Below, piece after piece: positions 51,101-64,000 of a stretch of 64,000 nucleotides of DNA; the stretch's first letter is position 1; every line of letters begins with the position of its first letter. This stretch comes from Botryllus schlosseri. Its lineage: Eukaryota. A model generated the notes under the pieces. That model saw nothing but the letters and a program-made list of their open reading frames with translations, did not search any database and was not told the origin of the DNA. The translations under genes were made by a program, and so were the position numbers. Location: the NCBI GenBank assembly GCA_051294905.1, contig CM119376.1, positions 24,366,001-24,430,000 on the forward strand. The letters run 5' to 3'.

Positions 51101-54100
51101 ATTCAATACCGTGAACAAAGCATTCCTGAACATCTGAACAACAGTTTGAAGACTCAGGCTGTGAGAGTGCCATATTATGAAATAGATTTGTTTTCTCTAC
51201 AAAGGCTGATAAATTCGTCCAAGATACAGTTCATACACATCGGTCAGACATTTCCAATACCATAACTTTCGCTTACTGTAGCACTTTGGTGGAATAGTTG
51301 GAGTTTTATATGCATCATCGTCTAAGCTGATCCAGTTCCCTCTGTCACTGCAGAACCACTGACTCGCGGCTCCTGCTAAAGTATATCCGGAGTCGCATTT
51401 GAATTGTACGATGCCACGCCTGGGACAGCAATCATCCGAGTCATTTCCAGTTCCTGGAAGTCAAGGCTTTCATTAAGACGATCAAGTCTGAGAACTACGT
51501 TGAATTCTCGAAAGATACAAAAATTTCAAGTCAAAACCAGTACCGTTAGCTGGGATTAGGAGTACTATGCCACCAACAATATTTTGAGCTTTTGGGATTT
51601 AGTGCCAAAATCACATAAATCAAGAAAATTAGCAGCAACCAGAATTGATAGGGAATATGAGTAACAAAAATTTAATCCACTCAGAAGTATGAGTAAGCCG
51701 AGCACCAGATTGAAGACAGTGTCATGGGATTGTTTATTTTATAACATATATTATTCATATTCTCTTGTGGTTCTTTTTTAAATCACAGATTCTCAGAGAG
51801 GTACACAGGTCTTATGCTCGAATTTTAACCAATGTGACATTATCCTCAATAAAATCAGGAGTTAGCGAAAGCAGCCAACTAGAAGGCCTACTAGAATCAT
51901 TCATGCATTATTCAGCTTACCAGGAGGTCCAAGGCAACATTTAATCCGTCCATTCAGTAGTTCAGACTGCGACAATTTGCAAAAGACTTCATCAGACGGA
52001 GAATAAGGCATTGGATCGGTGCTTATATCTGCAAGAAGAAACCATTGGTTGTGATCCTAATCATGAAAAATAGTCAATAATGATTATTGGTTGAAGGTAA
52101 CCATACACTAGAGAGAGAGAGCAAAACAGTTTCTAGACGAGACACGAAAGTCTCTCGGATTTTGCATAATCGAAAGGTTTAAATAATCGATAATCCCATG
52201 AAATATGCAGGAGAAACTCCGGGCACTGCGAAAATACTTTGAAACATGAAATAATCAGCATTTTTCAGCTGAATGGACATTTACGGATGTATACATGACA
52301 TAATTCAATGATCTGAAAGAAACATGATTGTGATAGCAAAAAAGTAAAACTGTAACTGGTGCAAAGGTTATACTTCGTCAATTGCCTACAGTGTTAAACA
52401 GAGTACCAATAACACTGACAAAATGTCTTTTAGCAACAATGCACATAATTATGCAACTGACTGAATGTGCTATCCACAAACCGCTATTACAAAGATGTGC
52501 TTCATAAATGAGCAAAGCAACACTTTTGTATGATGTAATGGTGACTCACGACCAACCAACCAGTAGCCTACCTAAATGATTCATTAATAGGTGCTATTCA
52601 GTACTCTGATATCTGGAAATGAAACCCAGGTATATCTGTTGTGGGGAGCAACGGCCTGCTTTCAAAAGTGTTCAGATATCCGGAATAACACCTAATCAAA
52701 GTTGATAGGCTTCCTATCGTCTGGCGATGATGCCTGATCAAATACGCATTCATTGCCTCATTGCACGACACAAGAATTCTGAACTTTGCGAGCAACAGTT
52801 ATGGAAATTTATATTCACATTAACAAATAACTATACATTAAATAAATGGCAGTTTAGAAGGATTTGATAAGAGCAGATATAAAACTGTCAACGCCTTCCT
52901 GCATATTTTGTAACTCTATAGAGATACTCAGCACATGAGCGATACTACATTCAGATGGCAATCTCAAGTTGACACAAGAAATCATGACTTCATAAGCCGA
53001 TGTACTGAAATTACTCAGCAACATAGACATGGCTACTGTACACATTAATTGATCAACCCTGCTAGTGTGATCGAAAACGCTACCAATTAGCATATCTGTA
53101 CACAATTTCACTAGCATAATACGAAAATCAGGAAACATCACTCACAAGTCACAATTCATATCAACCGATTCGTGAATGTAGTACAATGAATCTAAATCGT
53201 GGTAACACAAGCCTCCATTCGACTGTGTTAGCCCAATATAACCTAAAATAGGCTTGGCCTATAAAATGACATCGTGTTCACGAATTCACATTACTTCGCC
53301 CAATGCTCACTGTGTAAACTGAAGGCACGAGCAATTGAGTGTGTTATTTTGTTAAAACAGCTCAAACCCCTATCATCACAAAGACACTTCAGTCCAAAAA
53401 CAAGTCATAAAATGCAATGAAATGAATGTCACATGTAGCTAGCAGCAATAAAATCATCCTGTTATAACCCCGGATTTTGGTGTACACTTGTAATAAAAGG
53501 ACAAAAGTCAGAATGTAGGAGACTAAAGTGCCATTAGAAAAAAGTCATCTAGTGGATTCCACAAATATGCAGCAGTATCGACTCGAGGCCATGAAAATTT
53601 AGGCACATCCGAAACAGAAATTTCACATTCTCGCATTGCGTAGCGACCTGTGTAACTCAGATTCGGTATGGAGAAAAACAACAACACTAGTACATAGGAA
53701 AGTGTTTTCTCACAGCCTCTAGCATAAAACTATTGTTATTTCAAGCCTTATTGTATTAAAAAAACTATGACTGAATCATAATAGAAATCGTCATTTAGCC
53801 ACAAGTGAGTGACGTAAACAACCATACCGCAGCCCTACTTATTTTTCATCAGTCGAAGATCAAAACAACAGATACTACTACTGCATCGATTCCTTGCTCC
53901 CACTGCCATCAGTATTGATAATTGTGAATCACGTATGCCGAGCATATCCAAGAGACGACGCGAGTTTTGAAAGTAAATTCAAAGCTATTCAATAGTACAT
54001 TTCCTATTCAACACCGCCACGACACGCGAGCCTATGGGAAATCGACGTAACTGAATTTAAAAGTCACCTGCACAGCAATAAGTACAGCAGAACAGACACT

Positions 54101-57100
54101 AAACCGGCCACAACATCCACCTGCTGGTAGCCGTCTACACGATGTGATCTGTTTCCAAGCAGTGGTCTGCGATTTTCCCATGAGAAATGAATACAACATT
54201 CAGACAGATGCCGGACGAGATTTATCGTTTGCCAAACGACCCGGCACAAAACAGCCGATTGCGGATTTAAACACTTGTACGAATCGATAAGTTGTCACGG
54301 CGCACGGCCTAAATAATCTTATATCAATCGGAAAAGTTCAAGGAATTTCGATCGGTGTAGCGAGTACTCGCAATGAAGTGTCGAAAACGAATATATGTTC
54401 ATCGTTCAGGCAATATGTAACCCGGACGACCCAGCGGGATGCCGGCATCTCTCACGTATTACGTCACAAAAGTCCCGTCGACAAAACCACACTAAATTAA
54501 ACACAATTACTCGGCACCGGGCTCTCGCGGACTGTTGGACTGGCAATTACCGATGATACATAACGGAATTTACCGCGAACGCTTCGGCAACCATGATAAG
54601 CGTGATAGAAAGTCGCAGACCTCGACAAGAACCACAGCCAGTAGTTTCAGCGCGCTGTAATTTCATCTCTTGCGAGACACCAGTTGTGGTACGCAATCAC
54701 AACGCGTGATGTAGGCCAAGCCACGAGCAGCGCTGGTCGAACCACACATTCCGCTGACACATGTCGCGAAGCGGGCTATTTTTTTAGAAATTACGCACGC
54801 GTCACTCGACCGAAATGACTACAGCGGCTGTGTTAATCGCGCGCGTTTATCGAGGAATTAGTCAACATTCGAGTTAAGTCATATTGGCCTCGAAATGACA
54901 ATGCATGAGAAAACGAAGTCGATGCATTACACGCGCGAGTCATAATGCCCTAATTTGAGATGACTGGCCTTGGTTACGCGATATCGAATATGACAGGTAC
55001 AAAACCTACCAGGACAGTCGGTGTTGTTCTAAGTTCGAACATAGACACGAAATGCTTTGAAGGCAAATTTCTCGCCGAAATCATAGCCGGCTGAACGCTA
55101 TATTTGACAACACAGCAAGCCGATTGCTATTCCAAAATGGACCGGCGCGTAAAACCGGGAAGTTTATGTTTTGATTCGTTTGTATGTCATAACGGCGTCG
55201 ACCCAACTCAATACACGAAGGCCGAGTCGCTGAAAAGCATGGGTTAATCCAATCCAATTGTGTTTTAATAGTAATCGATTACGAAGACTACAGTGCTAAT
55301 TTTCAAGCAATCGTGAACGATTGCATTCTAAAAACATTGAAAGTAATCGTATTCGATTATTTTCCTTGTCACTGGATACCTTGTAAAATCGCGATTACTC
55401 AAGATTTTTACTTTTGCGGGCAATGTGATATAATCTGAACATGAACAATTGCGAACAAGGAATATTGCGTTGTATCGAGTTACTGAATGAAGTCTGATCT
55501 GTAAACGACAATACTCATTATTACATCGCATATTGGGTATGCGTATGATTGCTTAAGAAGTAGCGAATTATCCACACGTAGTCGTCAGTGGTATTGTTTT
55601 CGAATGTGTTCCGGGCCCTAGTTCAAGGAAACAAAATGCATGTAATTGTGAATAATCGTGAGCAATTTTATACGTAACCGTAAACGCAATCGATTACATT
55701 GATAAAGCAATCGCCCTATAATGCGACACCAACGACCAACAGGTCAAGTCAGCACAGCACGGAAGAATGGCTTTGTATCAAAAGCCTTTCGCAATACCCG
55801 GTTGACGCGTCAAATCGGATACCTTTTCCGAACGCCACAAACTCGGGCATTAGTTTTTCGAAGATATCACCTAATAGAGCAGTTATTAACTCGGGCTGGC
55901 GTTACAGATTCGGAGGTTTGCATCAAAATTTCCCGCGCTTTGAAATTCATGGCGAACGTCAAAGATTTCGCGAAGTCCAATACCCAGTATAACGGGACCG
56001 TTATTTCCTTACCTAAGCCTAATGTTCCTCCACCGCCAAAAGCTGTCGTCGGAAGCGTTACGCGTTAATATTGCATCCGCCGCCAATATATATTTGTGGA
56101 AATGGATTTTAGGCCCTCGTTCATATCCAATCGAAGACGCGGATTTTCAAGACAATTTAGTACAGCTGGAAAATTCGTTTCGAAATAACAAAAGTCAACC
56201 CAATTTCTACATATGGTTTGATGTTATGTTCAAGAAAAGTCATTTTGTGGCTGTTCAACACTAGCCTACAATCACTATTTGCACGAGACAGATGACGGTT
56301 GCACGATAATTGAGCTAACTTTGCACGAAAACTTAGGGGGGTCCGTGGCGGTCCAAAAGCGGTCTGCGAAGACAAAAAGGTTGAGAACCACTGGTCTACA
56401 ATCACGGTTTCAATATAGTACCCGTAATGTGGGAATACAGAACAGCGAACAACGCAGACGGTTGCTAAATGACGGAATGACCGCATTTCATACGGACACT
56501 TTCGGAAGGGAATCCGACTTCAAAACACATAAACACGCCACAACGGTATTCAATTCCATTACCGGCTCCGTTTTTGTAACGCTATCTTCTCGGGTACCAG
56601 TGGTAGTAATACTTCCCAATAAACGTACATGAATAAAACATCGCCGCGACAGAATATAACACCGTCGGGAATTTCAACGTCGCCACCAGCATCAAGATAT
56701 TGGAAGCTGTCTGTCGAAACTTTACATAATCCAACATCTCCCCTCTGTCTCACTGAAATTTCTCCTGGTTTGGCGCTCGTAGTCAGACGTTGCCAGGATA
56801 AGCCCCTGAGACTAGCAAGCAACGCAGACATCTCAATTCTCAAGGGAGAGTTTGATTCAGAATATAGTCTATTCCTCCGTAAAAACGTAAGTTTTGCGAC
56901 ATATACGTCTAGCTCCAGATCATATTTTGTTTGATGCGAAGCTGATGCAATTCATCAATTTGATCAGTTGATAGAGCCATAATCTTATTAGTCACGCACG
57001 ACCATAAGAACGAACTTTAAGATGCCTCACAAATCATGCCACTTTATACACGCTGTTTAAACCACTACAAACAATACAGACAAGTAATTATCAAGTCACA

Positions 57101-60100
57101 TTTAAATTTAGAGCTAAATTATCATTTGTAAAACACAGAAGGCGCAGATTACCAGAGAGATAAAGCAAACATTCCGGCCATGTCCTTCCTTACTGAGCTT
57201 GCAAAGGAAACGCGAAAACCACGCTATATTCCCCGAGGCTTGTGGGATTTCATTTCATGAGGAACAAGAGCAATTAGGACGGCAGGCAGCAACCAAACAA
57301 ATGATTAAATTAAAACAGCAAGGACGAATCGATCACAGTATTTTGATTCATCATTTCAGAGATTAATGATGTGTGCATAGCGCATGCCATTGCTCATGAT
57401 CATTTGAATTGTAAACCCAACAGAGTACCTGCACTAAATCAATCACATCTCATCAATCATCCTCTACTACAGTAGCCTACAGATTTGCATGAAACATAAG
57501 TCGAAGGCCTACTAACAAAACGCAAATTTTACATGTATCCTGGTTAGTGGCACAGGATAGGAATAGATTCAGAACTGCATAATGCCAATTCAGGAGCATC
57601 CTGTCAATCTATTGTACAGTGACAAGCAAAATTTTTCATTGGTGCCAGGGAGTGGTATTGCAATCAAGATAAATGATCTAAGCTAGCTATTACATGTACA
57701 CTAGACAGAAAAAACTCCTTTATTACACAAGTGTGCACTGGAGGGAGGTTTAAATATAATAGAAGCACTTTTGAATTATATGTCTCTGTATAGGAAGGCT
57801 GTGATGGACGGGTTAGCGGGGATTTTTATGAATCATACTCTTTTGGATCATGTTATAAGGGCGATTTTATTTGACATGTCAAAATGAGTCAAAATTGAAG
57901 CCATAGGTCAAAAAATTGTCAAAATTGAAATCGTCAAAATTGTTTACAAAGCAAACAAGTCATACAGTCCCAACCAGAAATGAAGATAAGTAGTACAATT
58001 TTAACATTATGTGCGAAAACACCTAATTTGCATACACGATGTCAAAATTTGGTCAAATACCAGTTTCAGGTCAAAAATGTCAAAATTTTGATTTTTTAGG
58101 TCATAATCTCCCGTTTTTTAGGTAAAAAATTCGGCCTAGTTATGGTACGCATCACTAAAATCTTGTCTGGTTACTAACAACCATAAAGTTGAAGAGGTAA
58201 CAATCAAACCATATTTAGTACCAACCATCTGCTTGGTTATATAGCATGTGGCAAATACAACTACGATAAAATATCATACAAACTACATCAATTAGCCTGA
58301 ACCCAGAATGTAGGCTAATTGTGCACTGGCTTGAACATAGTTCAAGACTGACATAGCACAGAGTGTAAAGCTACAAAGGTTGAAATACATATCCCTTTCT
58401 CATGTTACAGCACCGTGCCTATTGTCAAGATAAGTGGTTCTGAACCTTTGGGTAACTACCCATAAAGGGGTAATTTGACATTTTTTTAAGGTTAATTTGA
58501 CCAAATTCATGGAACACCAGTGTCCTTGATTTTTGCGGTGTGAAGTACATGGCTATCAGCAATAACATCGCAATAAGCTTGCAATTGACAATGATAGGAG
58601 ATAACAGCCTATCGTCCTGTCGGGTCTAGTCTATTTTCTTATCCATAACAACATGCCAATCACCAATCAGAGTTCCCAATGAACATGTTTAAATTCATGG
58701 CGTTTATAATTGAATTAGAGTTAAGGTACCATCACAGGAGCATTCTTTACCCTTACTCCCAATCCTACGACACCCCAACCCTAATTATAATTACTAACCC
58801 CCAAATTTAAACCACATCCCAACCCTACTCCACCTTAACCATTCAATACCCTAACAAGCTGAACTAACCCACAACCCTAATTTGAAAAACCCTAACCCTA
58901 AATTTTACCATACCTAACCCCAACCCTAATTTTATGCGACCCCAACCTAACCCTTACCCCTAACCCCAACTTTATGGTACCTCAACCTAATCCCTAATCC
59001 TAAACCAATTATAAACTCCATAAATTTCGACATGTACATGGGAAACCCTGATTCGTGATGTTGACAGCTCCAGTCTTCCTAGATTTGATATCACGATTTC
59101 AGAAGAGCAGAATCAGCGTTAACCAATAACTCTATTTTAAACATATGCTTGGATGCAAATTATCACATCGCAGGTAACAACTAACATTAATTAGATATAT
59201 ATTTTAAATGATGATGACATTAATACCGTTATCAAGTTCAAGGATATGAAAAAGGTTAAAAACCACTTGTCTAAAGGACACCTGGCCGCCTAGCAATTGA
59301 CTTCACCAAGCATGGATTCTGATCATAAAGGTCTGCTCGGCTAGACAGTTGCGTTGGACATTGCGTCATCAATTAGACACAGTGATAAAGAGTATGCATT
59401 GATTACCTTCAGAGCAGCCGTCCTTTGACCAGATGTTGTTTGATGTACAGTAGCTCGTTACATCCTTCCAGTAAGGACAAACGTAAGTAACCGAGTCTCC
59501 TACTTCATAGTAATCTTGTTGAGGCTGATAGTGGTCCCCTTTTGGTGGATGGCATCCATCCAGAACTAAAATGTGAAAGAACCATGGGTATAAAAGTTCA
59601 GATATTATAGTGAAAGTGAAGACTAATTCCAGTAAGCACGCAATATAGTGATGGGTACAAAATTGCAACAGATACGGACTTGAGCAAGTACGACAACCAA
59701 GGTAACAAAATGACATTAACTTGTCACTCCCAAGCCATGAACATCAAATGACACCTTGGGTCAGAGTAGAGCATCTACGGTCTAGTAGCAGCAAGACCTT
59801 CATCCAATATTCTACTCGATCAAATGCCAGATACAATAATTTTTTTTCAGATTCATCTCATGTTGATAATATTTTCAGGCTGCCCTGCCAACACAATATG
59901 AATAGTTTAAACACTTCTTCGAGTTCAAAGCGGATACAACTAGCCTAGGTACATAATTACCACAACAACACGCCAGAATAATTGCAATCATAACAAAGTT
60001 ATATATTCTACCACAGCGAGCCAAAGAGCTTTGAGTAAGCATTTAAAAAAGTAATACGTGTATACAATGACACGTTGATGCAGAGGAAGTGTCATGACCG

Positions 60101-60679
60101 AGCAGAATCAGATTAAACTCTCATGGTTAAAATCGCAGATAATTATACGGTTCAAAGGCAGTATGGGAGATCCATAAAGCACGAAGAATTGAAATGTATT
60201 TTTAATGCATGTTGTGACTTGTATGCATAAAATCACTATTCCCAAAGTATAAATGCAAAGTTATAACAAAAATTTATTGAAGTTGTAATAGTATATGGAA
60301 ATCATACCATGAATACCCAAACACGACGGAAATAACTCAGGCTGCCAGCTGTAATTGTAACTATCATATGTCGTACAAGTCTGTTGATATTCTGATGTGT
60401 TCAAGACAAGCGGCAATGGACATTGGTAGCTGATAACATATCCTTCGGGATAGTGATACCCTGGTTTGGCAGGAGGAGTGCGATATCCATTTTCTGGCTC
60501 GTAGCCATGATCAACGCAATGCCCTGATATTAAATAAGACATCAAAGTCATTATTTGAATAAGGATATTTTTCAAATATGATTACCTCTTTCACATTTTA
60601 CTTCGTACAAATTCAATACGACTACAGCGAGAACTCTCAACAAGTAGCGCAACAGCATAGCATGGTTCGATTGCAGCAT
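48110..60679 (-). CDS. Sushi (CCP) domain type I membrane protein, SUSD4/SUSD6-like
   Basis: Phase-consistent exons: 60586-60679 (signal peptide MLQSNHAMLLRYLLRVLAVVVLNLYEVKC), 60317-60523 (sushi 1), 59407-59565 (sushi 2), 51921-52028 plus 51277-51453 (sushi 3), 50237-50406 (TM VFGVAAGVLVLLSAVIIFALCRPK), 48110-48773 (tail starting DELIIDGRRITLPSYQEA, resembling the recalled SUSD4/6 motif VDGVxVxLPSY-D/E-EA). Further exons in the 7.4 kb intron cannot be excluded. Confidence 0.85.
48897..49706. mobile_element. hAT-type MITE (CAGGGGTGGGCAAAC terminus)
   Basis: TIR CAGGGGTGGGCAAAC...GTTTACCCAACCCTG with subterminal GCGGCCC motifs; flanks GCCTAAGG / ATCCAAGG. Isolated ends of similar type occur at about 37080, 56393 and 62760. 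Confidence 0.7.
54486..54746. promoter_or_regulatory. RUNX-motif cluster in an intronic CpG-rich island
   Basis: ACCACA/TGTGGT at 54486, 54631, 54685 and 54741, plus GATAAG near 54595. Motif match only. Confidence 0.35.
58750..59010 (+). repeat. Degenerate (CCCTAA)-like array
   Basis: Many ACCCTAA / CCCCAACCCTAA units. A shorter opposite-strand array (GGGTTGG / TTAGGG) occurs at about 4530-4610. Confidence 0.7.
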
Positions 60680-62862
60680 AGGTCTTTATGTAGAATATAG
60701 CTGTAAGCAGCAAATTGGTTACATGCCGTATCATAATCATTCACGGATTACGTGAAATTGAAAAGATATTAAATAGGCTATCGTAGGTTATGTAATTAAA
60801 CTATTGAACAATTTTTGGCTTCAGAAACCATAAGTTTCGTTAACGTTATTGCATTCAACGACTACGCGCGTTCCTTCTACCTGTAGCTACTGAAACAACA
60901 AGACTACAAATAAGCTCCCAGTCTCTCCGTTTACGATTTGTATTCTCTGCATTGCCTTCCGAAATTCCGACAAAACTTATCAACAAAGACGTTCAGTCCA
61001 ATGAATCGAGTAAACGACCGACTGGGTGATCAGTTGATCAGCTGATCCGGATCCGGATACGATGTCGGATAGTTTGCTGTTATGAGAAATTCGTTGGCAC
61101 TTTCTTGTGAGCTCGAGAACTACTGAGATCCGAGTGGCTATTTAATCAAGCTATACTTCACCACGCCAACCTACCCACTCCTGCCACAATGATATACATA
61201 CATGTTAGACATAATTATAAATACACATACTGTATATAATGGAATGGTACTCTACTGCTTGATGCCACTATAGAGTATGACTGGAGTGACGACTCGATTG
61301 TTCTCCCATTGTTAGCCGGCAGAATGGTCACGGTCAGATGGCTGCACCCAAAACAGGATCGCTCAGTGCTTGTTTCTATGGCGTTCAAGGCGATTCGTCG
61401 TGTATTTCTTGAAGCTGCGTCGGATTTAGTTGGACAGTTCAACATTTAGGTAGCGGTGGCGAGTGAATATTACCGTGTAGCCTATGTTACATTTCTCACG
61501 AGATTGATGTGATATTGTGGCTTTGATCCTTTATAGAGTTTGCTACGTATATAAAAATAATGACAGAAGGTATATAGAATATCTGGTTCGTGTACATTGG
61601 CTATTGTGAGATGAATTCATGGAAAGGACGACTGAAGAATACTACAAAGTGAACAAGTGGAAAGATCTTGAACTATATCGATATGCAGTTCACAATAGCT
61701 TTGATTGAAAATATATCCTATATTAACTGCAGAAATTCGAGTATGAATATAACAAATAATATCGCAACAGTCTTGTAGTCTTGTGCCTGTCCGATAACCG
61801 CAGAAACTTGAGTATGACTAGAACCAGAGCCTTGTGTAATGTCAATGTTCTGCTTGATCTCGGTTCACAATAGTCAGAGCTTACTCCTTGGAAGTATGCA
61901 AAATCGCATTTGAATGGAACTCGTTGTCATTGCCAAAAATACCCTGGAATTCGCTTGGAAGACCTCTGCCAGTGACATGAGTAGACAGCCAATGCACCAC
62001 GTCAAGGTTTCGACGTACGCATTTTTTTCCTTTTTTAGGTAGGGAATCTCAATGTGGATAGGCAGCATTTGCCACAGAGAGAAAAAACTACCATACTAAC
62101 ACTACCAGAAACAACATTCTCTTCATTTGCTGCATCTTTTCTTGGTCATGGGTTCCTAGCCGACTTTTGTCCAAGGATTTTGATCAACATAGGCTTATGT
62201 TGTATTGCCACCTTTCCCTCTCTTTATAGCCTTACGCTGGCATAAACGCTGGCCTAAGGCATTTACTGAGTAACTGACTTGGCTAATATCTGGATTCCTG
62301 CTGGATCTCATCGAAGACCGCTGTCAACTTTTAACATTCGTGAATAATATTAATGAATGTCAACTGAAGTTACAAAAGATCCAAATGCTGCTTCCAGAAC
62401 ATCTTGTGTTACGACTCTGGAAGATACTGATTCCATAACACCATTCAAAAGCCAAATTGCTAGCTTGACCATATTCTTGGTTCATATTTGTATAGAACTC
62501 TAAGCATGCTGTTCACTTTTGGCCTTCTTGAAATTGGATGTAAATTACACCGACTTGTTACTAGAGTGGAACCACATAGTCGGGTGGTTATAATGGGACC
62601 TATGAACAATGAACATGGAAGTATTTCCTGCCAAAAATCTCAACATTTGTAACAGATATGCTGTAAAATATAAGAATATTTCAATCTACTCGGAATTGCT
62701 TCGCGGGTCGGATGAAATCGTGTGGCGGGCCGGATGCGGCCCGTATCTTTAACACCCCTGCTTTACATTATAGTAAACCCCACCGTGATAGCAGTAGCAA
62801 TTGTCAGATTGGTAAAGAAATACCATGGCTTATACTGATTTCAACAATAACAAAAAAGCAAG

Positions 62863-62920
62863 ACTTTCAACAGTATCATGATTGAAACAGACTTTCAACA
62901 GCATCATGATTGAAACAAGA
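62863..62920 (+). repeat. Two-copy tandem repeat of about 28 bp
   Basis: AGACTTTCAACAG(T/C)ATCATGATTGAAAC occurs twice in tandem. Confidence 0.8.
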
Positions 62921-62970
62921 GGTTTGAAAGTATAGAAAATGGTGCTAAAAGAGCATATTGTTTATTTTTT

Positions 62971-63952
62971 TCAAGATATCTCGCAAACATTTGGAAAATT
63001 TTGAGAACAGATGTTATTCAAGTGTTTCACTGCCTTGTCCATGACATCCTCAACCTCATTTAGATCTGAAACAGATTGAAGGGATACAGCATGAATCAAT
63101 ATGTTATAGAATGGATCACATTGAATTGCCTCAAGTACCCTGAAAAAATTTATCTTTTTCAGGGGTTTTGCCATTTCTTTACTGTGGATAACATAAAAGC
63201 GGAGAACCATGCCATGAAACTGTTCAGACGGGCTCTTCAATCCACCGTCTTTCTTCTGCATCACTTTAATGAGGCTTCCTGATGGCGCTGCAGTTGTTAG
63301 GCATGTGGCAATTGCTTCGTTGGCTTGCTTAGAAATGGCTCCCCAAAGGCACTCCACCAATATATTCAAGTATGTCTAAAAACACGTCAAAGTTTTTCCA
63401 TGGAAAGACAAAGTATAGGCCATTTACTTACCAGATTCCTTGCTGTTGACTCCTCCAATCTCTGTGATTGGATGCTGCTCTTTACCGCAGACGAGAGAAC
63501 CAAAAATCTTCAAAAGTAATGCTGAAGCTGGCAATTGTGGCAAACCCAGAAACTTGTTAGCTTGATGGCAGGATATTAAAGTAATGTTGATAAAATCCGT
63601 CAACACCAAGTTTACAATATTCAGAATGGAGTTTTTCCACAAATGGAACAGCTTTGGTCATGTCTAGTTCCTCGAATGATGGGGCGCATTTAAAGTATTT
63701 TTTGCTATTTACACAAGCCCTCTTCAAAACAGCAATTACAGCATCCTCAGATATATTCCAATTACTGATGAGAACTTTATGATTTTTGTAATGTTTCTTC
63801 AAAGCTTTCACAGTAGGAAAGGATGCTTCGCATTCCTCACAAAACACACCCTTCAAGATATTGAGTCCTTCGAAACATTCTTCAATTTCCATTTCAGTTG
63901 GTCCCTCCCAGTCATCCCCAAAGGTCAAAGAGATGCGGCCGAATCAGCCATG
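62971..63952 (-). pseudogene. Frameshifted C2H2 zinc-finger gene with transposase-like C-terminal motifs
   Basis: MADSAASL* shifts frame into LTFGDDWEG...CEECEASFPTVKALKKHYKNH (C2H2). A second shift occurs near 63560, then a 56-nt GT-AG intron (63376-63431), then ILEYIGG shifts into ...KKDGGLKSPS. Further stop-containing coding-like remnants extend to about 61900. Confidence 0.6.
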
Positions 63953-64000
63953 ATACCGACTTCTATGCGTGACGAAGTATGATCTAATTCTGACGAAAAA

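Overview
AT-rich, intron-rich animal genomic DNA; an invertebrate chordate such as a tunicate is my inference, not established. (1) Most of the window is the 5' portion of a ryanodine receptor gene on the minus strand. I traced 65 GT-AG exons by hand from the ATG at 41076 to 1687 (8676 nt, 2892 codons, phases consistent at every junction). They cover the N-terminal domains, SPRY1-3, Repeat12, the junctional and bridging solenoids and the Repeat34 phosphorylation domain; the gene continues beyond the left edge. (2) A minus-strand SUSD4/SUSD6-like type I membrane protein gene starts at 60679 and ends at about 46503-47908: signal peptide, three sushi domains, TM helix and an LPSY tail. (3) A frameshifted C2H2 zinc-finger, transposase-like relic lies at about 61900-63952. 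(4) Introns are packed with mobile DNA: an internally deleted BEL/Pao LTR element, LINE 3' fragments, a tRNA-derived SINE, Helitron-like 3' ends and several MITE families. No rRNA, intact tRNA or CRISPR array was seen. I found no clearly new biological system. The best leads are the SUSD-like gene (extra-cysteine sushi domain, intronic RUNX-motif CpG island), substitutions at known RyR regulatory sites, and TE sequence lying against RyR splice sites.
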